A DNA stretch of 64,000 nt from positions 23,768,534 through 23,832,533 of the forward strand of contig CM120644.1 in NCBI GenBank assembly GCA_051362555.1, written 5' to 3'. A program made the position numbers and the translations under genes. Every line of letters begins with the position of its first letter. Positions within the stretch are counted from its first letter, which is position 1. The notes under the pieces were generated by a model. That model did no database searches and was not told where the DNA came from. It was given only the letters and a program-made list of their open reading frames with translations. Below are positions 25,701-37,619 of this stretch, piece after piece. The stretch is from Lingula anatina. Lineage: Eukaryota > Animalia > Brachiopoda.

Positions 25701-28700
25701 ACTCATTATGCAAGAAATGCTAGAAATTAAAACTGAATTAAAACAAATAATAAAAGATGAGGTGGGCGAAATTAAAACTATGGTTGGCGTGATGGTCAAG
25801 GACTTAAAAGAAGCCATGGAAAATCGGTTTTTAGAAATGGAAATGAAATTCGACGTGAGATTCGGAAGACTGAAAGAGGGATACGATCACCTGTCAACTG
25901 AAAACGAACTATTGAAAGAGCAGATTATGGACAATAAAAGAGAAATTACAAGGTTAGCAAAAATAGCAGAGGAAGCTGGCAACATGTCCAAAGAAGCTCA
26001 AATCAATGCCAACTACAATGAGCAATACTCTCGAAAAAATAACATCAAGATCTACGGAGTGAAAGAGGAGAAAAATGAAGACATGGTCGGCTTGGTGTCC
26101 AAACTGCTACTGACGGAAACGGGTGTACGGGTGACCAGTGAAGAGATCGTTGCCGTTCACAGGATACCTGGAAAGCGAGGACAGGAAAGACCAATATTAC
26201 TGAAAGTAAAGAACACTGATGTGAAAGCACGGATTATGAAAAAGCGTGCAGTACTCAGAAAATCGGGAAAGAATATGAAACTTTCAGACGATGTAACCAA
26301 ACGTAACATTGAGCTTTTACACAGACTAAATGAGAGTCAGCTAATAGAACAAGCGTGGTATTTTAACGGGAGCGTCTATGGCAAACCAAAAAACACTGAT
26401 GACAAAATAAAATTCGACATATTTGACATCATTGACGAAAAAATAAAAAAGAAAAACTATAAATAAAATGCAAAAGACTTATTATAAACTGTACAGGTAC
26501 ATCTTTCTGTCTGACGATGGTATATAATCAGGACTAAACTGATTATGACGACTTATGTGTGTAATGTTGTAAGCGAAGCGTTGCATGTGTTTCTGTATAT
26601 TTATTCATTTTGTTTCTTATCCACTCTACCAAGCCAGTTCTCATTCGACTGCTTGGTTGTTGCTATATACTATGCACATCCGCTTCCTTTTCCCCCCTTT
26701 TTTCCTCTGACTATGAACTCTAGTTTTCCAAAATATAACCTAAGAGGACTGAGGGGAGGGCATGGCTGGGGACGGGGGTACTTGATGATCATTCACATGA
26801 ATGGGGATTAGTTTAGGTCAGTGGAGGGTCGCAATTGGCCATTTTTATTGTGTTATACATAAGCTATCGTCTGGATCATGCAAACTGACACCCGTCACAC
26901 TTCACCTGACATCAAAGGTGACTCTGTTCCTAGTAACTATCATCATGCTTGAGATCATTCTACTATCCGGAGATATCCACCCCAACCCAGGGCCGTACTC
27001 GATCCCCCTTACCATACTTTTCTCAAACATAAGGAGTCTTAGCGCGGACGCTGATGAACGCTTCGAGAGCCTTAAAATAAGAATTAAAAATGCTAAAGCT
27101 GACGTAGTTGGGCTTTGCGAAGCAGGAAATATCTGTAGGATAGATCGGATTGAAGAGTATAATATTGAAGGCTTTCAAGTACCCGTATTTTCAAATAATG
27201 GCCGAGGGCTTATCTTGTATATGTGCGATGATATAATGTATAAAGAACGAACTGATCTTCAATTAGATGGGTTGGACTGCCTATGGGTGGAGCTGCGAGT
27301 GAAGCATAAAACTCTTCTTTACGGTGTATTCTACAGATCTCCTAATCAATCAGCCCAACAGAGGAACATTTTCATGTCCCTTCTATCCGAATGCCTTGAG
27401 AAAACAAGACGCTCTCGGCATGACGGAATCATAATAAATGGCGATTTTAATGCTCATAACAGACAATGGTTTCTGGAGGGAGGTGATGACGTGCCAGGTC
27501 GAATGTTAAGCGACATATTTTGCGAACATGGCCTTGACCAGTTAATAAATGAGCCAACCCGAATTCAAGGAAGCTCTGTCTCATGCATTGACCTGACTGT
27601 GACTGACATTCCCGGCCTGGTACTAAGATCTTCTGTGGAAGCACCGATTGGACGCACAGACCATGCTACATTAATGACCTCCATAGATATAACTCTCTGT
27701 AAGCATTCGCCTTACTATAGAACTATATGGAAGTACGACCATGCAAACCCTGAAGGACTAAAAACCGAAATAACCCAGTTCGACTGGGACGGCATGTTTA
27801 AACTCGAGTCCGATGTCCACCTGCTGACTAAAAAAATTATCGATACGCTTATGTCCATATTTGAAAAACATATCCCAAGAAAACATAGTAAAGTACGTGG
27901 AAATGAGAACCCATGGTACAATGACAAAATTACACATGAATTAAATAGAAAGAGAAAATTGTACCAACGTGTAAAACTGAACCCGTCGCAAGTAAACATC
28001 GCCAGCTATGTTGCCCAAAGTAACCTGGTGAAGCAGTTAATATCTGAAACTAAAGACTCTTATTATAAAAGCCTAATCGAAGCACTTGAAGCTAAAACAG
28101 ATAGTAAGAAACACTATTGGCCAACATTGAAAAAACTTCTGGGTAATAAATTCAATCGGTCAATTCCGGTGATTGGAAATGTAAATACCGGTAATGTTGC
28201 TAATTCTGACGAAGAAAAAGCTGAGGTCTTCCTAAATCACTTTGGCAAAAGCTACCATTCTGATAATCAAAACTGTGATACAAATATCACTTTCCCACAA
28301 AGAACAGATGTTATTTTAACCGATCTCGACACAACACCCGAAGAAATAAGCTGTATAATAAATAGCCTGGACTCATCCAAGGCTAACGGACCAGACGGTA
28401 TAACAGTAAGAATGTTAAAATTATGCAGTGTATCCATTGCTTATCCGCTATGCACCCTCTTTAACTTGATACTACAAACCGGCGTCTTTCCAGACATATG
28501 GAAAGAGGCATATATATGCCCAGTGCACAAGAAAGGCAGCAAAACTGACGTAGAAAACTATAGACCTATCTCATTGTTAAGCGTTATATCTAAGGTCCTA
28601 GAGCGATCATATATACGAGAATGATTAGGCATGTTATGGACAATAAACTTCTCTATGACAGACAATCGGGTTTCCTGAGTGGACACAGCACAGAATATCA

Positions 28701-30364
28701 ATTGCTTTCGATTGATAATCTGATTAGGGACAATTTCAGAAATGGTCTTGATACTAGAGGTATTTTCCTCGATTTTGCTGCTGCATTTGACAGCGTACCT
28801 CACAGTCTCTTATTGCTGAAACTTATATCCTATGGTTTTAGAGGTAAACTGCACTCTCTCTTGGCCTCTTATCTGAACAATAGGAAAATCAGAGTGCGCA
28901 TAAACGGTACCCTTTCAAAGGTCTCCGAGACAAACTACATCAATACCAGTGTTCCGCAAGGAAGTATACTCGGCCCGCTTCTATTTCTTCTGTATATAAA
29001 CGACCTACCTGATGGTCTTATCTCGCACTGCTTCATATATGCTGATGATACTTCGATTTTTCTCCCGTCTACCCCGGACAACAGGAGAGCTCATGACATT
29101 CTCCAGTCTGATATCTCATACCTTGAAGCATGGTCAGTGAAGTGGAAATTATTTTTTAAACCAAAAAAGTGCAATGAAGTGATTTTTACTACGAAAAAAG
29201 AAAATGTAGAAAAGTACAGTCCACTTATTCTATGCAACACGGCTATAACACAGAAAAAATACCACAAACACCTTGGGTTTATTCTTGATCATAAACTTGA
29301 CTGTTCCGAGCATATTACATATACTTTAAGCAAGGCCCAAAGTGCACTAAATCCTTTAAAATCGCTTTCTAAAACTTTACGATCTAAGCATCTTAACATA
29401 CTTTACAATGCGTACATTTCTCCTTTGCTTGATTATTGCGATGTTCTCTATAGCACCGCGTCTCTACATAACCTATCAAAGCTATCCTCCCTCCAGTATC
29501 AAGCTGGCCTTAATATACTGGGGGCCCTTCCTGGCTCAAATCGCTGCAAAGTACTGAAACAGCTGAACTGGGTTTCACTAGAGGAACGTCGAAGAAACCA
29601 CGCGAAAAAAATCATGTTCAATATCCACAATCAACTAGCACCTTCCTTATGTCTCTACCTATTTCATTCCGTTTAGAAATAAATACATGCTACCTCTACG
29701 GACAACATCTAAACGAGACTACATAATTCCCTCTAAATTCACATACAAAGGTCCCGAACACTTTTTGATGACAAGCTGGGATGAACTAAACACCACTCAA
29801 AAAAATCTTCCTTCTGCATCCTCCCTTAAGTATAACCTTAGAAATGAAACCTTCCCAGCAACAATGTCCACTACCCATCTGAAGCTTCCGAGACAAAATG
29901 AAAAAATCCTAAATAAGGCCCGAGTCGATTTGTTATTTAGAGCCCAACTATATGACCACAACTGGACAGCTATGGCTTCTCCCAACTGTTTATGTGGGAA
30001 ACCCGAAACTATCCGACATTTTTTCTTTCAATGCCCACTGAAACAGAGGAAATATCGTGATCTCTACGAATCTGTTGAAGATATACTTGGTGTAACTTAT
30101 GCATATTTCAGAACCCAACTAGATAAGATATCCCTCTTCCTACATGGCCATAAAACACTAACATCTGGACAAAACGACAAGATTTTCGAAATAGTGTCAG
30201 ATTTCTTAATCAAAAATGTCTGAATCTTCTTCCATTTCTGTTCTGGCGCCTACCACTCTCTCCTGATGGCCCATTGCCCCCCCCCATAATTACCTTTCCC
30301 CCATGCCCTGTCCCTCACTCCCCTCTAATGCCATTCATGTCCTCGTCACCGTCTTTTTCTTGAA

Positions 30365-30406
<42 letters not shown>

Positions 30407-31962
30407 ATTTCAAAGGTGAGCATATAATGCCTAGGCGAATTGCCACCTTTATTTATACTGTATCAATATGTAACCCTCTTGAGAATAAAGATGTTTAAAA
30501 AAAAAAAATTAAGTTTCGTCCATGAATTGAACAAGATTTTGCAGCATTTTGCGATGAGTGGGATCAAAATAACAACGGTCAGCCCAGATTTTGATCAGTG
30601 GAAAATGATCAACTTGTTAGAGCTAAGGCTATTTCGACAGCCCTGAAATATGCAATAGAATGAGCTTTTTCATATTTTAGGGCCGCACTGAGTCGCAGTA
30701 CATAACAGCCACACGTCCGACTACTACGCCATCAACTACTACGACGGCACCCGTCACAACCGCCCCGGCGCCTAACACAACTGAAACACAACGTAAGTGT
30801 AAAACAGTGTACATCGATGTCTTTCTTGAAAAAGTTTTGTCAATTGTCTTTAATTTCTTGGTTAAAGCTTGTCCTCCCTGAGTGTTTTACTTCTTTTTTT
30901 TTTTTTTTTTGACTACAAGTTCCTCACAGCTTGTACTGGTATCTGTGTGCTTGGATAGTTAAAACTCTTTTTAATTGGGCTTTTAGTCTCAGTTTATTTT
31001 TAAAATTGCTATATTGTTGAATAATCCATATCCGATTACATGTAGCCGATTAGCCGGTCACTTAAAAAAATCAATATACATAAAAAAAAACAAATACATT
31101 TTAAACAATAATATCCATAAATTCATAAAATAAAAACAAACTTACAGAACTGTAAAGTGTATAGAGTTATAGCAGGAGAGGTATCTCTCTTTCTGAGTTA
31201 AGTAGGTGATCTACAGTAGGTGTGGTCATGAGTATCACATGAGTGAATACATTTCCTTCACACTTGACTGATACAGTGATCACTTATCGACATTCAGTTT
31301 CATGTCCAGTCGGTACCACGGCATGTAGACGGAGAGTACCTTTGGCAAAATGGTCGCCGATCCAAGTAAAGTCGTTTGTTTGATGTTAACTATCCTCTTA
31401 TGATCAGCAAGAAGAAATACCAGCCAATTATTTAAACTATATATAGATTCAATATCACCAATCACATGCTTTTGCTTTGCTCCATATACTATTAACTTAT
31501 CCATTTCTTTCTTTTTTTTACTCTAAAATGACCAGGAATAGAATTTTATATTACTTTTGTATCGTTATTCCTCATGTCAACAACAAGCATGTCATGTCTT
31601 CTGCCTTTCATCACTCAGTCATATTTTCACTTCCAAGAGTATCTCCTCAACATCATTTTCCACATTCTGGCTCAACCCTGAGATGTACCAACTCTTGTTA
31701 TGCTTGAAATCATAGAAATAGCATAATTCCCAGAAAGTAATGTGAGCAATTTGGTCATGTTTTTTCTCACGCTCACTTTGTGCTCGTTTTTAACATTCGC
31801 CAAGTAAATTCCTTGAAGTTGCATCTCTTTTTCCACACATTGTGCTTCTTTATGCCCCTTTTCCTTCACGACCTTAACCCTGTAGTTCCTTTTGATTCTC
31901 TTTTTATTTCTCTTTTCTTTCTTCATGTTCTGCTCATCTATTTGCTCACATTTGGAACTTTC

Positions 31963-32016
<54 letters not shown>

Positions 32017-33206
32017 TTCCGACAGCCAATATTTATGCAGAACTAAGAAAACGTTGCTAGTCTAATCTAGAACCATCAGTTTCTCTTGGATAAGAACCAA
32101 GTTTGAAATATATGCCTATGACAAGGGTGAGGGTTTTAATACAGATTTTTTTCAACACTGATTCATTCACTTGTTTTTTTTTTTCTCCTTTACAGATTTT
32201 TAAATCAATATCGTGTTTTATTATTGATTCTAAATAATGGAGTCATTTTGAGTAATATGCCATATAATTAACAATAATTTAAAATACAATGCATAAGGAA
32301 AATTCTCTTCTTGTGTCCAAAAGGTTCCAATCAATTGATGTTTTAATGCTCATTTTGTAGCATGTTCTTCGTACGCCGTGTTGAACCAATGGTGGAGAAA
32401 CGTGAACTTCTCTTTAGCTGTAGATGATCCGGCCCACTGTGACAGGGACGGTTGGGTTACTCAGTGGTATCGGTTCTCGGGGGCAGCCGGGTCCAAAATG
32501 CCAAACTGGGTAAGAATATCAGCAGGTTGGGTGTGTGTGTGTTTGGGGGGTAATGTTACAATGAAATCGCTCATAGAGAAGGAATGTGCGGACTACATGT
32601 ATCATACAATAGATTTCAGTAATATTTAGTTCACTACCGAGAACATGACAAGGTACTGTCAGACTTTGAATACAACTGGCAAAAATTAAATCTTAAGCGC
32701 AGATGAGGTTTGTCAGAGTAATTCCAGAACCTCCCTCATTTGTCTATCCAGAGCCCGGGCCCGCCAATGGTATTTTCCACTGTGTTATAATAGTTATAAT
32801 AGTTATATATACATAGTTATAATAATAATAATAGCATAATCAAATGAATAAATAAAACAGAACTTTCTTTACAAAACATATGCACTAAATATGCCCGCAA
32901 AATTTTGAAATAGACAATTCAAAGACGTAACTTTCTATTGGCCGTGACGAGCATCGTTCTTTTTTCTGTTTTATATTTTTGTAGTGCGTGCCTAGCTATT
33001 CTTGCGGAACCTACGTCACATTGTGGATAAACGGCACCTACCCCATACCAGAAGATGACGCTGTCGACCGTCAGGCATGCGCAAACAGGTCTGGTGATTG
33101 CTGCAGGTGGTCTTTGAATGTTCAAGTGCTCAACTGCGGGGAATACTTCCTGTATTATCTACCAGCGCCTCCTGTGTGTTCGGTTGCCTATTGTGGTACA
33201 GATTAA
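22332..33206 (+). CDS. Gene B: paralog of A; signal peptide + PAN-like + short Thr-rich linker + D8C domain, ~271 aa; join(22332..22664,30681..30792,32361..32509,32985..33206)
   Basis: Exon sizes 333/112/149/222, phases 0/1/0, canonical GT-AG; 816 nt open after splicing; all Cys conserved with gene A. Confidence 0.87.
23817..24053 (-). mobile_element. MITE, CCCCTTTACACTGGAC-terminal family (also 62258..62485, partial ~16150..16335, longer relative 41801..42223)
   Basis: TIRs ccc(c)t(a/t)tacactgg / ccagtgtaaagggg and shared interior with the 62258 copy. Confidence 0.75.
24125..25229 (+). mobile_element. Internally deleted Tc1/mariner transposon
   Basis: Perfect 27-bp TIR CACTGATGCTCATAAGTTAAGCAACAC with TA on both sides; transposase remnants QDNAP, LDWPAY..LNVIEHA. 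Confidence 0.92.
25579..26466 (+). CDS. LINE ORF1 protein (coiled coil + RRM-like region), 295 aa
   Basis: Intact ORF; heptad-rich middle followed by EQYSRKNNIKIYGVKE...VHRIPGK..RPILLK...LSDDVTKRN, typical of non-LTR ORF1p. Confidence 0.85.
   Translation: MVHRPMMNGTKESNERNDSKTSQSTKRLHSELSNSSGDESQLIMQEMLEIKTELKQIIKDEVGEIKTMVGVMVKDLKEAMENRFLEMEMKFDVRFGRLKEGYDHLSTENELLKEQIMDNKREITRLAKIAEEAGNMSKEAQINANYNEQYSRKNNIKIYGVKEEKNEDMVGLVSKLLLTETGVRVTSEEIVAVHRIPGKRGQERPILLKVKNTDVKARIMKKRAVLRKSGKNMKLSDDVTKRNIELLHRLNESQLIEQAWYFNGSVYGKPKNTDDKIKFDIFDIIDEKIKKKNYK
26801..30223 (+). pseudogene. LINE ORF2 (2A-like peptide, APE endonuclease, RT, C-terminal Cys/His motif) with two frameshifts (~28615, ~29670)
   Basis: NIRSL, FYRSP, GDFNAH, TDH; NYRPISLL, FLDFAAAFDSV, VPQGSILGPLLF, YADD, HLG; CLCGKPETIRHFFFQC. 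Confidence 0.9.
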
Positions 33207-33754
33207 GGACCTTGTCACGTAGAACTGACTCACGACAAATAGACACGCTGTCGGTTAAATGTGTTCCAAGTTTGTAGCACAGTTTTGTGTGTTGTCTTCT
33301 TTTGGGCATTCTCTGCATGATGTAAAGTGACTACAAGTAGATACTTCTTACATCCTGGAGCCGTGTACTAACAAATGACAATGCTGCGCGTCATACATTT
33401 TTATTTTCCCAACGGACTTTTCTCCTATATGATCACACCTGAAACATTTGAACTGTAATTCAACTACAAAAGCGTTATCGGATCCAAGTTGGCTTGAACC
33501 GTCGTTTTACATATTAAAGCGCCATATTCCAATAGAAATGTATATTTGTTTATATTTGGACAAGGCCACAGATTATTTGAAAATGTTATGATTTACAGAA
33601 TCTTAATTCCTGCTTGCCATTTTTTTTTTTTTTTGAATTAAACGTTCAGCATGATAAGATTTAATAAAGTTTTCGTGACCGAAAAACATATCTTTCCTTG
33701 ATAAAGAAGTCCTTTGCACAGGAGAAAGTAAAATGATTAAAGTCAAGAGAGTAA

Positions 33755-33801
<47 letters not shown>

Positions 33802-34460
33802 CAAAGCAAAAACAAGCATCCAGCGGTCTATAACATTGCAATATGTTCATATGCAACGATAATGACATACTTAAAGTGTTAAAATATAACACCAATTTTG
33901 GTACATTACCTATTAAAATTATGCTTATCTGCCATTGAGATTCCCGTCCTGACATCACGTAAGTTCGCATTTCAACCTTTATAAGATAAACCTAATTGTG
34001 AAGTAATACTGCCTCTGGAACAGTTACAATCCTCTGCCCAACTTTCATATGAAACAGTGCCATGAATGACGAGGCGTGTATATTAGCTTACACATGTATC
34101 ATTCTCTATATTTTGAAGGTGCCAAAGTTTGGCACTGTAAATATGCCATTGCTTCTCGAGAGCTGCTCCATGTACACGGATGCGATAGCGGAGATATAAA
34201 CAAATATATATATAAAAAAAACGCAATTCTAGCCTAGAAGTGCGAAAAAAAACAAAAACATACGCAACTATTTCATAGGTGCGAGCACTCCCAATAATTA
34301 TAATACAATTGAATTGCAATATTCTGTTTTAAAGTCTTTAACTTTTGAGAACTAAGTTATTTTTTACAATAATTACCCACTCGGAATAATATGCTTAATT
34401 CAAACTACCGCAGACTTGGCGTGGAGGAGGGAATTAATTAACGCTGAACCTGTTCACCAG

Positions 34461-35973
34461 GGACCAATTTCATAAAAGCATTCTAAGCCCTAGTTGGTTG
34501 CTAACTCTATTCCATACATCCATTCTAAGCCTTCTATAGTTCTAAGTTTCATGCTAAAGTTAGAGTAAGACCCCATTCCCATAGATTTTAGATCGATCTA
34601 TTCCTGTGGGGAGTCTCACTAGATTACTGTCAGCTAAGCCGGCTTAAGCGTCTGTCCCGCCTACTGAAAGCTGTAAGGGGGTAATTAACTATGGTGCGCG
34701 CTCGGCTGACTGCAATTTAGCATGAACCCCCAGGGAGTTGGGTCGATCTAAATCTTAATCTCTGGATCGATCTAAATCTCTGGGAATGCACCCTAAGTCT
34801 GGGTATCTTCTACTCACTAGTATCATTCTAACTCATTTCTACTCATGCCTCCGAGGTGTAAGGATGGCCAGGAGAATTTTCGAAATTGTGGAACTCCGCA
34901 GAGCAATGCAGCGGGAACGAGTGTTTCGGGATAGAAGGAATCCGTTGGACATTTTTGATGATGTGGAACTTGTATATAGATGCAGATTCTCCAGAGAAAG
35001 CATTTTGCTGATAACTGACGTTGTCAAAATGGCTTTACCCACCATACCAGGAGAAAATCATTCCTTATTACCGTATTACAGTTGAATGGACACAGAGCAC
35101 GTGCATTACTTACACAGAATAGATGCTAAACTTTATTCTTTTTGAGAGAATGAAATGACAAAGAACATTGGATGTAATGTTTTGACAGGAGATTGAATGT
35201 TTTAGGCAAATGTCCAACAACTTACATTTAGAATTATTTTACAGGTATTGTATAAATAGTATTGCTTACAAACTGAAATACACTGGTGATGATCGGTCAG
35301 TGTCATCTTTATGTGTGCTTGGATTGAGTTTATGTTCCAAAAGTTCAATTTGCAATTTCAATTTTTTTTTGTTTTAACTTCAGATTCTCTTGCTTAATTA
35401 ATTTACACGACATTCTATTTTTAGTTTGGAGAGTTTTATCTTCAAGTCTTCCAAAGATCTCGATACATTAGGAAACCTAGCCTTGTGCTGATTCAGTATG
35501 CTTTCCCAAGCTTTATTTTTCCTAGCATTGGTGTTGGCATCCTTGTGTTGACTATCTAATGTGTCCTTAAATTCTTCATAGCGTTCGGCTATGAAGAATT
35601 ATTCTTGTGTAGAATAATTCGGCTTTCGTTGTCTCTTCCCTGAAGCTGAAGTTGCCATTTTGACAACTTTCTGTATAGGGCATTTATAGAATACATGGGA
35701 ATGCCTTGACCAGTACTTGCCTCAGCCTGCACTCAGTTCAACTTTCACCCTGTCACTGCCTATTGTTTGGCAAAACTGACCCCGTGGTTTTGCGGTTTTC
35801 CTAAGAAGACACCATTCTAGCCAAATCTTAGCAAACTACTGGTAAGAATGATTCTTAGTATGGTTTTATGGAATAGAAATTAGTTGATTGCTAACAAGTA
35901 TACAACTAGGGATTTAGAATCATTCTAAGGCCTAGAATCATGCTAAGTTAGAATGCTTTTATGGAATTGGCCC
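34461..35973. mobile_element. Internally deleted PIF/Harbinger transposon with transposase (+) and Myb/SANT (-) remnants
   Basis: ~26-bp TIR GG(A/G)CCAATT(T/C)CATAAAAGCATTCTAA, CAG on both sides; empty site at ~11698. HARBI1-like N-terminus RERVFRDRRNPLDIFDDVEL..RFSR (34863-35050); opposite strand from 35658 MATSASGKRQRKPNYSTQE*...RKNKAWESI. Confidence 0.88.
34574..34788. mobile_element. MITE nested in the Harbinger element; second copy 58079..58290
   Basis: TIR CATTCCCATAGATTT(T)AGATCGATC / GATCGATCTAAATCTCTGGGAATG; interior nearly identical to the 58079 copy. Confidence 0.85.
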
Positions 35974-36800
35974 CAGTTTTTCAAGGTATGAGAGAATCTT
36001 ATCGCTGTTTTCCCACTTGCAAAAGGTCATAAGCAGTATTCATGAAAAAATAAAAAAAAATTACAAAAATGTTTCCATTTGATAATGTGCCCGTGTTGAG
36101 ATGTTTTTCACAAAAGGCAGAGCAATACATTTGCAAAATATTTAATGGACTGATATCAAAAATTTAAAAAGTTGTCCTTATTACTAACAAAACTTTAGAC
36201 TTTTATACATAAAGACACTAGAAATGTTTCTAATGAAAATCAATATGGCTTGTTCTAGACCAATTTTCATCTGCACGTTCCGTCCAGTTTTCTAGTAATT
36301 AGCGGTGGGTATTGAATAAACTCTTGTTTTACAAATGAATGTTATTAATTCATGTTTGACTTTGGCAAATACTTAACCCAAAGACTTCTTTTCACAATAG
36401 TTGACACAATAGGCCCATATCAACATTTGGCCCGCTCTCTCATATCAACATATTGATTTGAAAAATGTTTGGCTTTTTCAGATGTTTTCTTTGATACTAA
36501 AGTAAAAAAGTTCAAGACAAAGGGGAATCAATTAATTGCAAAAAAGCAGGAAATTAAGAAAGATATTTTAGACCTGCAGTCTAAAGAGGCATAGCTGTTT
36601 TAATTCTTTTTTTTTTTTTTGTTATACTAAATTCTTTCGAGTTCAATTTATGCAGTATGAATTTATTTTGAAAATACTCACCTGTGATGGCAGAAAAAAA
36701 AAAAAAACTTTTGAGAGAGCTTCCACCAAATTATGACCATCTAAACACCTGACCGATCTACCAGTAGGACTTATATGTGCTGGATGTGGCGTAAACTTCT

Positions 36801-36988
36801 AAACACATTCAGAACAGCGGACGAAAAGATCCGCGGATCAAATATGGCGTACCCACTTGAATGCTTGTTGCGTAATCCCCGTCAGGAATTTATTCAGTGT
36901 CTTATCGGGAATTAAGTGGCAAGCTTTTTGGGGTGTCGCCATATTTGATTCACGAATCTGTAAGTTTGCTGTTCTGAATGCGGTCTAG
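36801..36988. mobile_element. MITE-like inverted repeat
   Basis: cattcagaacagc..atcaaatatggcg pairs with cgccatatttgat..gctgttctgaatg. Confidence 0.65.
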
Positions 36989-37336
36989 GTTATACAATGG
37001 CGGTATTAACATGATAAACGAACACATTTTCGGTAAGGGGTTTGTCAAATGTTTGTCAGAAATTGTCTTTTACTTATTTAGATCAACTTTCCAGATGTTG
37101 CCAGTTACGTCAGTCAGGATTAAGAGGTTTCAGAGAAATGATTAATTGAAAATAACTAGAAATTGAAAGAAGCCTGCTTGATATTGTTACATTGTCCTGC
37201 TATTCGCTCTATTATCTACAAACATAATTTGACAAAGCTGCACGCAGTTTCTCTCACATATTTCTGACAGTCGTTCTCCATTTCATGAATCATGGGGTAT
37301 CCCTCTTGAGGACTATGAACCCATCTCGTCTGCCTG

Positions 37337-37619
37337 CCCGCACGAAAATGCAGTAGTATCGAAGTAGCAAAGAAGCATTAACGCAGTAGTGGTGTGGAGC
37401 ATATTTGCAGTAGAAATGCAGCATAGCCTACTGCAATTCTACTTCAAAAATTACATAGGGTCGTACAGAGGAGGAGCATTAATGCAGAGATTTGCAGCAT
37501 GATAGAAGCATGTTTCAAATATGCTAATTAGCTCCCCAGTCGAAGCAGATTTGAAGCATGTTTGCAGTAGAATTGCAGTAGTCTACTGCGCTGGAGTATC
37601 TACTTCGTTTGCGTGCGGG
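37337..37619. mobile_element. MITE with CCC...GGG termini and subterminal repeats (CMC/EnSpm-like)
   Basis: CCCGCACG.AAA / TTTGCGTGCGGG; internal gcagtag/gaagca repeats. Confidence 0.6.

Larger units (their letters stand above)
25258..30507 (+). mobile_element. Full-length CR1/L2-group LINE in gene B intron 1
   Basis: TSD ATTAAGTTT at 25249-25257 and 30508-30516; 5' UTR, ORF1, ORF2, AATAAA and A-tail; absent from gene A intron 1. Confidence 0.93.
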
